64,000 bases of DNA from Candidatus Dormiibacterota bacterium (GTDB lineage: Bacteria > Chloroflexota > Dormibacteria > Aeolococcales > Aeolococcaceae), in NCBI GenBank assembly GCA_963777445.1, contig CAVZQR010000017.1, positions 197,226-261,225 on the forward strand, in the 5' to 3' direction. Within the stretch, counting starts at the first letter, position 1. Every line of letters starts with the position of its first letter. The notes beneath the pieces are model-generated. The model was not told the origin of the DNA. It made no database searches and was given only the letters and a program-made list of their open reading frames with translations. Shown one piece after another: positions 43,479-51,452 of the stretch. Position numbers and translations under genes: made by a program.

Positions 43479-45045
43479 AGCGTGCTCCTCTGTCCTTGTG
43501 CATGACGAGATCGCCATGCCATTGATCGCTTGCTTGGGGGAGATCAGAACGGAGGTGGCACCCTCGGCTCTCCTCGCGAGCCAGGGCGGCGGCGCACACC
43601 AGCGTCGCGGTGGATGCAGCTGCGTGCAGTTGCATCGCCGGCAGCGTGGCGGCTCCGGACGTCGCGGCGAGGACGGCCTCGCACTCGCGCGATGCGGCAC
43701 GCAGACCGGACTCGTCACGGACCACGCCTGCTCCGGTCCAGAGCGCATCCCGCAGGGTGTTCCATCCCTCGCGAGGGTCCAGCGTGGATGCCCGTGGCCT
43801 CGACGTCCGCTGCACCGCGCTCGGCTGGCCGGGCGGCGACTCCGCCGCCCATCCGAGGGCCGCGTGGACGGCGCGCTGGGAGAAGACGAGCGACTCGAGC
43901 AGGCTGTTGCTCGCGAGCCGGTTGGCACCGTGCACCCCGCTATGCGCGACCTCACCGCAGGCATAGAGCCCGGGGACGGTGGTTGCGCCGTCGAGGTCGG
44001 TCCGGACCCCGCCGATCATGTAGTGCGCGGCCGGCGACACCGGGATGGGGTCGCGGGTTATATCGAGGCCGTACCGCGCGCAGGTGGCGGCGATGGTTGG
44101 AAAGCGCACCGCCGCGCGGGCGCCGATCTGGGAGCAATCGAGGTAGACACAGGGCTCACCGCTGCGCCCGAGCTCCTCCCAGATGGCGCGCGCGACCACG
44201 TCGCGTCCCGCAAGCTCGCCGCGCGGATCGACGTCGAGCACGAAGCGCCTGCCGTCGCGGTTGACGATCCACGCGCCTTCGCCGCGAACCGCCTCGCTGA
44301 TCAGGAACCTGGGCGCGCCCTCCATTGCGAGCGCGGTTGGATGGAACTGCGCGAACTCCATGCCCGCGACGTCGGCGCCCGCCGCATAGCCGAGGGCGAC
44401 CCCGTCCCCGGTTGCGGACTCAGGGTTCGTGCTGTTCCGCCAGAGGCGGCTCGCACCGCCACTGGCGAGGACGACCGCCGCGGAGGACAGGGTGGTCGAG
44501 TGCGACTCTGCTGGATTCGTCGTGATCGAAACTCCGCAGCCGACGCCCTCGTTGGTGGTGAGAATCCCGGTGACATCAGCGTGTTCGATCACCCGCGCAC
44601 CGCTCGCACGCAGGCGCCGGATCAGTGCCGTCTCCACCTCGAGGCCGGTACCGTCACCGCGCGCATGAAGGATTCGAGGGCGAGAATGCGCCGCCTCCTG
44701 CGCAAGCAACAGCTCGCCGTCCTGCGTGTCGAACGCGACACCCCACTCGATCAACTGGCGAATTCGTGCGGGGCCTTCTTCAACAAGAACGCGTACCGCG
44801 TCGGGATGGCTGAGGCCGCGCCCCGCAGCCATGGTGTCCTCGTAATGCAATTCGGGCGAGTCGTTGTCGCCGACGGCGGCGGCGATCCCTCCCTGCGCGA
44901 AACGGCTGCATCCATCATCGAGCGCCCCTTTGGTGACAACGGCAACCCGCGCACGCGGCGCAGCGCTCAGCGCGGCTGAGAGTCCCGCGATGCCACTCCC
45001 GACGACAACCACGTCGTAATCCGTCGGTGCGGCCCGGTTGATCAT
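43462..45045 (-). CDS. nadB: L-aspartate oxidase
   Basis: MINRAAPTDYDVVVVGSGIAGLSAAL (FAD fold), ...AQGGIAAA..., ...HPTAL...ISEAVRGEGA..., ...GLYACGEVAHSGVHGANRLASNSLLE.... Start at ATG 45045 (ATGA overlap with the preceding small ORF). Confidence 0.9.
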   Translation of the reverse strand: MINRAAPTDYDVVVVGSGIAGLSAALSAAPRARVAVVTKGALDDGCSRFAQGGIAAAVGDNDSPELHYEDTMAAGRGLSHPDAVRVLVEEGPARIRQLIEWGVAFDTQDGELLLAQEAAHSRPRILHARGDGTGLEVETALIRRLRASGARVIEHADVTGILTTNEGVGCGVSITTNPAESHSTTLSSAAVVLASGGASRLWRNSTNPESATGDGVALGYAAGADVAGMEFAQFHPTALAMEGAPRFLISEAVRGEGAWIVNRDGRRFVLDVDPRGELAGRDVVARAIWEELGRSGEPCVYLDCSQIGARAAVRFPTIAATCARYGLDITRDPIPVSPAAHYMIGGVRTDLDGATTVPGLYACGEVAHSGVHGANRLASNSLLESLVFSQRAVHAALGWAAESPPGQPSAVQRTSRPRASTLDPREGWNTLRDALWTGAGVVRDESGLRAASRECEAVLAATSGAATLPAMQLHAAASTATLVCAAALAREESRGCHLRSDLPQASDQWHGDLVMHKDRGARFDRHL

Positions 45046-45203
45046 GCGATCGCCGCCTGCTCGCGAACACCGTTGCCTGCACCGCCACGCGCAATGGTCG
45101 GCGTGAAGAGGCGCAGCTCGCGCTCGTCCATCCCTTCGAAGTCGATCACGGCTCGCGTCACGCTGGCGCGGTGGATTTCCGACTTCATGATGACCCGCTG
45201 CAT
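45042..45203 (-). pseudogene. panD: Truncated aspartate 1-decarboxylase: only the beta-chain-equivalent (first 24 aa) is PanD-like
   Basis: 53-aa ORF not in the track: MQRVIMKSEIHRASVTRAVIDFEG|MDERELRLFTPTIARGGAGNGVREQAAIA*. Residues 1-24 match PanD (MLRTMLKSKIHRATVT.ADL.Y.G). Similarity stops where the self-cleaving Gly24-Ser25 site should be. GGGGAG SD; the stop overlaps the nadB ATG. Confidence 0.5.
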
Positions 45204-45211
45204 GATCTCCC

Positions 45212-46108
45212 CTAGACGCCACCACCAACGGGCGCTGTGTCGACCCCCAGCCGAACGACATCAATCAACCGTGTGCCCCCTATTCTAGCAGCCAGTACGA
45301 TTTGGTTTGTGGGGGCTGCGGTTTCGACCTCTTCAAAGGTGTCCGGCTCTACCACGGCAATGTAGTCGACGTCCAGTCCTTCGTTCTCCAGGCAGGACCG
45401 AACAGTTGTTGCCAGCGCTGACGGATCTCGCTCGCCGGCGTCGAATTGAGCCATCGCCGTGGCCAGGCTCGAGGGAATTGCCAATGCCCGTATACGATCC
45501 GCGGGGCTGAGATACACGTTGCGGCTCGAGATCGCGAGACCGTCGGTGTCGCGAACCGTTGGGCACACAACGATTTGGACGCCGGTGTCGAGGTCGCGGG
45601 CGAGGTGCCGGACCACCGCGCACTGCTGCGCGTCCTTCTGCCCGAAGTAGGCGCGGTCGGGGAGGCCGGCGACGAGCAGCTTGGTGACGATCAGGGCAAC
45701 ACCGTTGAAGTGGCCCGGGCGGCTCGCCCCCTCGAGCCGCTCGCCCAGTGGCCCTGCGATGCCGAGTTGGGTCACGAGCCCGGGCGGGTACATCGCCTCG
45801 ACGCTCGGCACGAAGGCGGCGTGGACTCCGGCAACGCCGAGCATTGCCACGTCCGCATCCATGCTGCGGGGATACCGGCCGAAGTCCTCGCTCGGGCCGA
45901 ACTGAGCCGGATTGACGAAGATGGTCACCACGACCCGGTCGTTCTCCGCGACCGCGCGGTCGATCAGCGCGCGATGGCCGGCGTGCAGGGCACCCATGGT
46001 CGGCACCATGCCGACCGACAGCCCGGCGGCGTGCGCTGTCGCGGACCAGCGCCGGAGCTCTGCTGGGGTGGCGATCAGCTCCGGCGTGTCAGTGGAACGA
46101 ATGGGCAT
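45212..46108 (-). CDS. panC: Pantoate--beta-alanine ligase
   Basis: VGMVPTMGALHAGHRALI...VVTIFVNPAQFGPSEDF..YPR...RPGHFNGVALIVTKL...AYFGQKDAQQ...ISSRNVYL is the canonical PanC sequence. Confidence 0.92.
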   Translation of the reverse strand: MPIRSTDTPELIATPAELRRWSATAHAAGLSVGMVPTMGALHAGHRALIDRAVAENDRVVVTIFVNPAQFGPSEDFGRYPRSMDADVAMLGVAGVHAAFVPSVEAMYPPGLVTQLGIAGPLGERLEGASRPGHFNGVALIVTKLLVAGLPDRAYFGQKDAQQCAVVRHLARDLDTGVQIVVCPTVRDTDGLAISSRNVYLSPADRIRALAIPSSLATAMAQFDAGERDPSALATTVRSCLENEGLDVDYIAVVEPDTFEEVETAAPTNQIVLAARIGGTRLIDVVRLGVDTAPVGGGV

Positions 46109-46892
46109 CGTCGGGAAACCGGCCCTCGCGAACGTCGTCGGCGTACGCGCGCGCGGCCTCGACGATTCGCACGCCCAGGTCGGCGTACGGCTTCACGAAC
46201 TTCGGTGCCGCGCCGCGCAGATGACCGGTGATGCCGAGGAGGTCGTGGATCACCAGCACCTGGGCATCGCAGTCGGGACCGGCGCCGATGCCGATGGTGG
46301 GGATGGCCGTCTCGGCAGTCACCTGCGCGGCGAGATCCCGCGGGATCCCCTCGAGCACGATGGCGAAGGCTCCCGCGTCCTCGAGCGCGTGTGCATCGGC
46401 AAGCAGCCGCTCGCGGTCGCGCGCACTTCTTCCCTGCACCTTCATGCCGCCGAAGGCGTTGACGGATTGCGGGGTGAGTCCCAGGTGACCCATCACCGGA
46501 ATGCCTCGCTGGGTGAGCCGGGCGACGGTCTCGACGACCCACCCACCGCCCTCCAGCTTGACGGCGTGCATCCCCGCTTTGAGGTACTCGACCGCGTTGT
46601 CGATGGCATCCGCGCACGAGCGCTGATAGGCGCCGAACGGGAGATCACCGACGAGCAGCTGGTCGGGGGCGCCCCGAGCCACCGCGCGAGCGTGGTGGAG
46701 CATCTCCGTCATGGTCACGGGGAGGGTGTTCGGGTAGCCGAGGACGTTGTCGGCCAGCGTGTCCCCCACCAGGAGCACCGGGATCTCCGCCTCCGCGAGC
46801 AGCCGGGCGGTCGGGTGGTCGTACGCGGTGAGCATGACGAAACGCCGTCCCTCGGCCTTCCACGCCGCGAGGTCCGTGATCGTGACCCCCAC
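46089..46892 (-). CDS. panB: 3-methyl-2-oxobutanoate hydroxymethyltransferase
   Basis: FVMLTAYDHPTARLLAEAEIPVLLVGDTLADNVLGY..TLPVTM.EMLHHARAV...DLPFGAYQ...AVKLEGG...GIPVMGHLGLTPQS...GIGAG. Overlaps panC by 20 nt. Confidence 0.92.
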   Translation of the reverse strand: MGVTITDLAAWKAEGRRFVMLTAYDHPTARLLAEAEIPVLLVGDTLADNVLGYPNTLPVTMTEMLHHARAVARGAPDQLLVGDLPFGAYQRSCADAIDNAVEYLKAGMHAVKLEGGGWVVETVARLTQRGIPVMGHLGLTPQSVNAFGGMKVQGRSARDRERLLADAHALEDAGAFAIVLEGIPRDLAAQVTAETAIPTIGIGAGPDCDAQVLVIHDLLGITGHLRGAAPKFVKPYADLGVRIVEAARAYADDVREGRFPDDAHSFH

Positions 46893-46894
46893 GG

Positions 46895-47752
46895 TCAGGC
46901 CACCTGGGCGGCGCCGTCGCCCGCTACCGGCTCGGTCGCGAGCAGTGACTCCATGGCGCGGGTCAGGGTCAGGTAGAGCTCCCGCGCGTCGGGATGTGCT
47001 GCCAGCGCGTCAAGGTGCGCCGCGATTGCGTCCTGGTCGCCGCGCGCGACCGGTCCGGTGAGCGCGGCGGCCGGCCCCGCGCGCCGCGCATTGTGCGCGG
47101 CGCCTTCGAGCAGGGCCGCCAGCGCGGCATGGGCCGTGTCGGGGTTCACGCCGGCGCTCTCGAGGAGCCGGGTCGCCTCCGCGAGCAGCGCCAGCGGGGC
47201 GTTGCCGGCGAGCACCGCGGCTGCGTGGTAGAGCGCCGCGGCCCCGGGGTCGATCTCGAGCGGTGTGGCGCGCAGCGCCGCGACCAGCGACAGCAGGCGC
47301 TGCCTGAGCAACCCGGGTGCGTCCACGCGGAAGAACGCACCCTCCAGCAGCGACGCGCTGTCCGGTCCGGCGAGCGCCTGGAGCGGATGGAGGACACCGA
47401 CCTCGGCGCCGCTGACGCGGAGGGACGCGATGATCTCGGGTCCGAACCTCGCTCCGAGGTGGACGACGCCGCGGCCGTGGAGTGCGACACCGGACGCCGC
47501 GATCGATGCCGCCACGGTCGATATCGCGCCATCCGGGACCGCGAGCAGGGTGACGTCGGCGCTGACGACCGCCGCCAGCGGCGTGGCAACCGCGCGCGCC
47601 CCGACGGTCCCGGCCAGCCGCGCCGCCATCTCGCCGCGCCGGCTGGCGACGGCGGCAACGCGATATCCGGCGTCGAACGCTGCGATCGCGAGCGCGGAAC
47701 CAGCCCGGCCCGCGCCGATGATCGCCAGAGTTGGCGTGCCAGCTCCCTCCAC
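46895..47752 (-). CDS. Rossmann-like + DUF2520 oxidoreductase (candidate ketopantoate reductase)
   Basis: GTG 47752 is preceded by AGGAGGA at 7-nt spacing. LAIIGAGRAGSALA dinucleotide fold. C-terminal ...LTGPVARGDQDAIAAHLDAL is typical of DUF2520. It abuts panB (2-nt gap). Confidence 0.75.
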   Translation of the reverse strand: MEGAGTPTLAIIGAGRAGSALAIAAFDAGYRVAAVASRRGEMAARLAGTVGARAVATPLAAVVSADVTLLAVPDGAISTVAASIAASGVALHGRGVVHLGARFGPEIIASLRVSGAEVGVLHPLQALAGPDSASLLEGAFFRVDAPGLLRQRLLSLVAALRATPLEIDPGAAALYHAAAVLAGNAPLALLAEATRLLESAGVNPDTAHAALAALLEGAAHNARRAGPAAALTGPVARGDQDAIAAHLDALAAHPDARELYLTLTRAMESLLATEPVAGDGAAQVA

Positions 47753-47898
47753 GTCTCGGTCCTCCTGGTCGGATCCAAGCGCTGTTCGAGCCAGGTCACC
47801 CCGCCCGTCGCCGGCAGCGGTCCTCGAGGCGCGACGAGCGTCCCCGGGTCGCATGGAGCCGTCGACGGCCGCGGTGGCCGGTCGGCCAGAGTGTACCC

Positions 47899-49855
47899 CT
47901 ACGCTCCGGCGGCTGCCTCAGCCGGGGGAACGAGATCCGGCGGCGCCGGCGGGGCTTCCGGTGGCGGCCCGCTGCCGTTGACCGGGGCGACCCCGTTGTG
48001 CGACTCGGCTTCCTTGATGATCCTCGCCATCTCGGGTGCGTCCATGGTCTCGACCTCGACGAGCCGTGAGGCCAGCGCGCGGAGCACGTGCTCACGCTCT
48101 CGCAGCACCTTCTTGGCTCGCTGGAACGCGTCAGCGACGAGCTGGTGGACCTCCTGGTCGATCTCGGAGGCAATTCCCTCGGAGTAGTTGCGCTGTTCGC
48201 CGAGATCCCTGCCGAGGAACACCATCTCCGGGCGCTCACCGAAGGTCAGCGGGCCCGAGCTTGTCGCTCATCCCCCACTCCGTGACCATCTTGCGAGCGA
48301 GGTTGGTCGCCTTGCGGATGTCGTCCGACGCGCCGGTGGTGATGTTGTCCTCGCCAAGGATCAGGTCCTCGGCGCAGCGGCCCCCGAGGATCTGGGCGAG
48401 CTGGTCGACGAGCTCGGCCTTGCTGACCAGGTAGCGATCCTCGATCGGCAGGCTCATCGTCCAGCCGAGCGCCTGACCGCGGCTGACGATCGTGACCTTG
48501 TGGACCGGGTCGGTGTGTTCGAGGGTCGTGCCGACCAGGGCGTGGCCCATCTCGTGGAAGGCGATGGTCAGCTTCTCCTTGTCGCTGATCATCCGGCTCT
48601 TGCGCTCGGGGCCCGCGATCACGCGCGCGATCAACTCCTCGAGGTCGTTCATGACGATGACCTTGCGATTCCCACGCGCCGCGAGGATCGCGGCCTCGTT
48701 GATGAGGTTCGACAGATCGGCGCCGCTGAATCCCGGGGTCTGCTTGGCGAGCACCTCGAGGTCCACGCCGGGGTCGAGCGGCTTGTTGCGTGAGTGGACC
48801 TCGAGGATGGCGCGGCGCCCGCGGATGTCCGGCCGGTCGAGCATGACGTGACGGTCGAAGCGCCCCGGACGGAGCAGCGCGGGGTCGAGAACGTCGGGCC
48901 GGTTGGTGGCCGCGATGACGATGACGTGCTGGTTGGTCTCGAACCCGTCCATCTCGACAAGGAGCTGGTTGAGCGTCTGCTCGCGCTCGTCATGACCGCC
49001 GCCGAGGCCGGCGCCTCGCTGCCGGCCGACAGCGTCGATCTCGTCAACGAAGACGATGCACGGCGAATTCTTCTTGGCCTGGTCGAAGAGGTCGCGGACG
49101 CGGCTGGCGCCGACGCCGACGAACATCTCAACGAACTCCGAGCCGCTGATGCTGAAGAACGGCACTCCGGCCTCTCCGGCAACCGCCTTGCTGAGCAGGG
49201 TCTTGCCGGTTCCCGGGGGCCCGACCAGGAGCACGCCCTTCGGAATGCGGGCGCCGACCGCCACGAACTTGTCCGGGTACTTGAGGAACTCGACGATCTC
49301 GTTCAGCTCCTGCTTGGCCTCGTCGACGCCGGCGACATCCACGAACGTGATCGCCGGCTTGTCGCCGGCAAGCAGCCGGGCGCGGCTGCGTCCGAAGGAC
49401 ATCGCCTGGTTGTTGCCGCTCTGGGTCTGGCGGAAGATCCACAGCAGGATCAGCGCCATCAGCCCGAAGAGGATCAGGTTGGGAAGGATGACGCTCAGCA
49501 AGAAGTTGCTCCCACCGGCGGAGTCGACCTTGTAGTTGAAGTAGCCGGCATCCTGGAACTCCTTCGAGACGACGTCTGCAGACGACTCTACGGTGGTGTA
49601 TTGGGTCCCGCTCTGGGTCCACCAGACGACGGTCTGCCCGTCGCTCTGAATTTCAGCAGGTTGTGAGGATTTGGTGCTGATCGTGGCTCCGCCGTTCTGG
49701 GAGCCGGCCTTGAAGTTCGCGATCGCCTGGTCGAGGGTTCCCGCCGACGCCGTCTGGGCATTGCTGCTCGGGAAGGTCTTGTACAGGATCGCCGCCAGCA
49801 CGATGACGGCAAGCGCGATGACGATATAGGTGACGCTGCGGCGAGACGTGGGCAC
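47899..49855 (-). CDS. ftsH: ATP-dependent zinc metalloprotease FtsH, one frame change at 48251-48256
   Basis: [28 protein letters not shown] (Walker A), IVFVDEIDA, the SRH region, and HEMGHALVG (HEXXH). ...[10 protein letters not shown] then shifts in a GGGCCC run to [24 protein letters not shown]... (ORF 47899-48225). Confidence 0.92.
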
Positions 49856-49864
49856 GAAATCAGT

Positions 49865-50653
49865 CTACCAGGGGTCTACGATCTCAACCCCGGCGCCGTC
49901 AGCGGGTCCAACCACGACGCCGCCCGAGCTCAACAGTTGGCGCTGGCGTTCGGCCAGCACGACAAGCCTTCGCCGGGCACCGGGGAAGACCGCTTCGAGG
50001 GCGGGAATCACCTCGTGACGAACCCGGCTGCGGAGGAACCGCGGGTCGCGGTTGCTGGGGTCGTCGAGGGTCTCCAGGCCGAGCGCGGCGCAGTATGCGA
50101 GCGTCGCCTCACGCCACACCCGCAGCAACGGGCGCACCAGGCGGCGCTCACGCTCCGCCATGGCGGGAAGGCCGGCCGGTGAGGCGCCGGTGAGCGCGCG
50201 CATGAGGACTGTCTCCGCCTGGTCGTCGGCGGTGTGGCCGAGAGCGATGACCCCGGCGCCGACCCTCGAGGCCTCGGCCCGCAGCGCCGCATGGCGCGCG
50301 GTCCGGGCTCGATCCTGCAGGGAGCCTCCCGCCGCGACCTGTACCGAGAGCGCCCGAAACGGGAGGCCGCGATCACCGGCGAAACGCGCCACCAGCTCTG
50401 CCTCCACCGTCGATCCGGGCCTGATCCCGTGGTCGACGTGCGCGACGAACAGGCGCCATCGTCGGGGTGGGGCGAGACGCGCCAGCGCGTCGAGCAGCGC
50501 GGTGGAGTCCGGGCCTCCGCTGCACGCGATCAGCACGTGCTCGCCGGGGGCGATGACACCGCGCCGATCCGCGGCGGTTGCCACGGCGCGGCGGAGCTTC
50601 GCCACCGCGGCGGTGCGTTCGCGTGGGGTCAGCGCGCCGGAGGCTCCGGGCAT
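49865..50653 (-). CDS. tilS: tRNA(Ile)-lysidine synthase, short form (~245-262 aa)
   Basis: PP-loop HVLIACSGGPDSTALL, ...FVAHVDHGIR..., ...ALGHTADDQAETVLMR.... ATG 50653 shares its A with the terminal A of the upstream tRNA. An alternative GTG lies at 50605. The ORF-track N-terminus (..VVGSNPT.., ..VPGSNPG..) is a translation of the two tRNA genes. Confidence 0.85.
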   Translation of the reverse strand: MPGASGALTPRERTAAVAKLRRAVATAADRRGVIAPGEHVLIACSGGPDSTALLDALARLAPPRRWRLFVAHVDHGIRPGSTVEAELVARFAGDRGLPFRALSVQVAAGGSLQDRARTARHAALRAEASRVGAGVIALGHTADDQAETVLMRALTGASPAGLPAMAERERRLVRPLLRVWREATLAYCAALGLETLDDPSNRDPRFLRSRVRHEVIPALEAVFPGARRRLVVLAERQRQLLSSGGVVVGPADGAGVEIVDPW

Positions 50654-50728
50654 GGTGGCGGTTCCTGGATTCGAACCAGGGACATACCGGGTATGAACCG
50701 GCTGCTCTACCACCTGAGCTAAACCGCC
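50653..50728 (-). tRNA. tRNA with CAU anticodon, elongator type (Met or lysidine-dependent Ile2), CCA encoded
   Basis: GGCGGTT-TA-GCTC-AGGTGGTA-GAGC-A-GCCGG-TTCATAC-CCGGT-ATGTC-CCTGG-TTCGAAT-CCAGG-AACCGCC-A-CCA folds into a full cloverleaf (7/4/5/5 bp stems). G1-C72 is paired and there is no GGG/CCC anticodon stem, so it is not an initiator. Confidence 0.85.
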
Positions 50729-50751
50729 AAGCAATCTGCTGGGGAAAGAAA

Positions 50752-50823
50752 TTGCGGCGGTCGGATTCGAACCGACGACCTTCGGGTTATGAGCCCGACG
50801 AGCTTCCACTGCTCCACGCCGCC
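50752..50823 (-). tRNA. Initiator tRNA-fMet (CAU), CCA not encoded
   Basis: GGCGGCG-TG-GAGC-AGTGGAA-GCTC-G-TCGGG-CTCATAA-CCCGA-AGGTC-GTCGG-TTCGAAT-CCGAC-CGCCGCA-A. It is near-identical to E. coli tRNA-fMet from the D stem to the T loop. Three G-C pairs close the anticodon stem, and position 1 (G) is unpaired with 72 (A). Confidence 0.85.
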
Positions 50824-50870
50824 CTCAGAGGATACCGCACGCGGCATTGCCCTCCCGGCAGCACCCGCGA

Positions 50871-51281
50871 TCAGTGCGGCGTCGGCGTGGGGCTCGGGGA
50901 CGCGGTCGGACCATGACTTGGACTCGGACTGGGCGTCGCGCCCGGTTTGGGCGTGGGTGAGGGAATGGCTGTCGGCGAGGCCAATGGTTTGATCGTCGGG
51001 ATTGGCACGGACACGCCTCCCGTCGACGCGTGCGCCGCGCCCGCAGGAACGATCACGTACAGCTGCTCGCCCGGGAAGACGTAGCCGAGCTGGCGCGCCT
51101 GCTGCTCCAGCCAGGCGACCGTCTGGGCGTCGGCGATCTCGCGTTCCCGATCCGAGATCTGCTGCGTCAGCGCGGCATTCCCCGTGACCAGCCTGCCCAC
51201 CTGAGCATCCAGATGACGGCTTTGCGCGACCTGTCCGTACACGGCGAAGGCGACCAGTCCGCAGATCCCGGCGATGAGCAC
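50871..51281 (-). CDS. FtsB/DivIC-like septum formation initiator
   Basis: TM segment LIAGICGLVAFAVYGQV followed by a coiled coil (LDAQVGRLVTGNAALTQQISDREREIADAQT...WLEQQARQLGYVFPGEQLYVIV) and a Pro/Thr/Ser tail. The frame stays open and protein-like (..RTIRPTPRPTIDSPITLRRIAV) up to about 51440 without a start codon, so the N-terminus may be affected by an indel (ATG at 51447 in another frame). Confidence 0.6.
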   Translation of the reverse strand: MLIAGICGLVAFAVYGQVAQSRHLDAQVGRLVTGNAALTQQISDREREIADAQTVAWLEQQARQLGYVFPGEQLYVIVPAGAAHASTGGVSVPIPTIKPLASPTAIPSPTPKPGATPSPSPSHGPTASPSPTPTPH

Positions 51282-51452
51282 GACTGCAATCCGGCGCAGC
51301 GTGATTGGGCTGTCGATGGTTGGACGTGGAGTGGGACGGATGGTGCGGCCCTCGTGCGGCGCAGGGTGAGACGAGTGGTGTGACGGCGCGCCGGGTGCCG
51401 CGATAGGATGCGGCCCAGGGCCCGATTTGACAAGGGACCAAGGGCATACTGG

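Noticed and set aside
43234-44979. 581-aa plus ORF, plus 28719-30320 (533 aa), 38365-39597 (410 aa), 57438-58919 (493 aa, minus) and 60557-62134 (525 aa, minus)
   Set aside because: Each is antisense to a gene with full-length family motifs (nadB, UPF0182, rpsA, the helicase, the cyclase). None has a recognisable domain.
50654-50809. N-terminal 52 aa of the 314-aa tilS ORF (MEARRAHNPKVVGSNPTAAI...VPGSNPGTAT)
   Set aside because: The GSNP strings are translations of the T-arm GGTTCGAATCC of two tRNA genes. This stretch is RNA-coding, not protein-coding.
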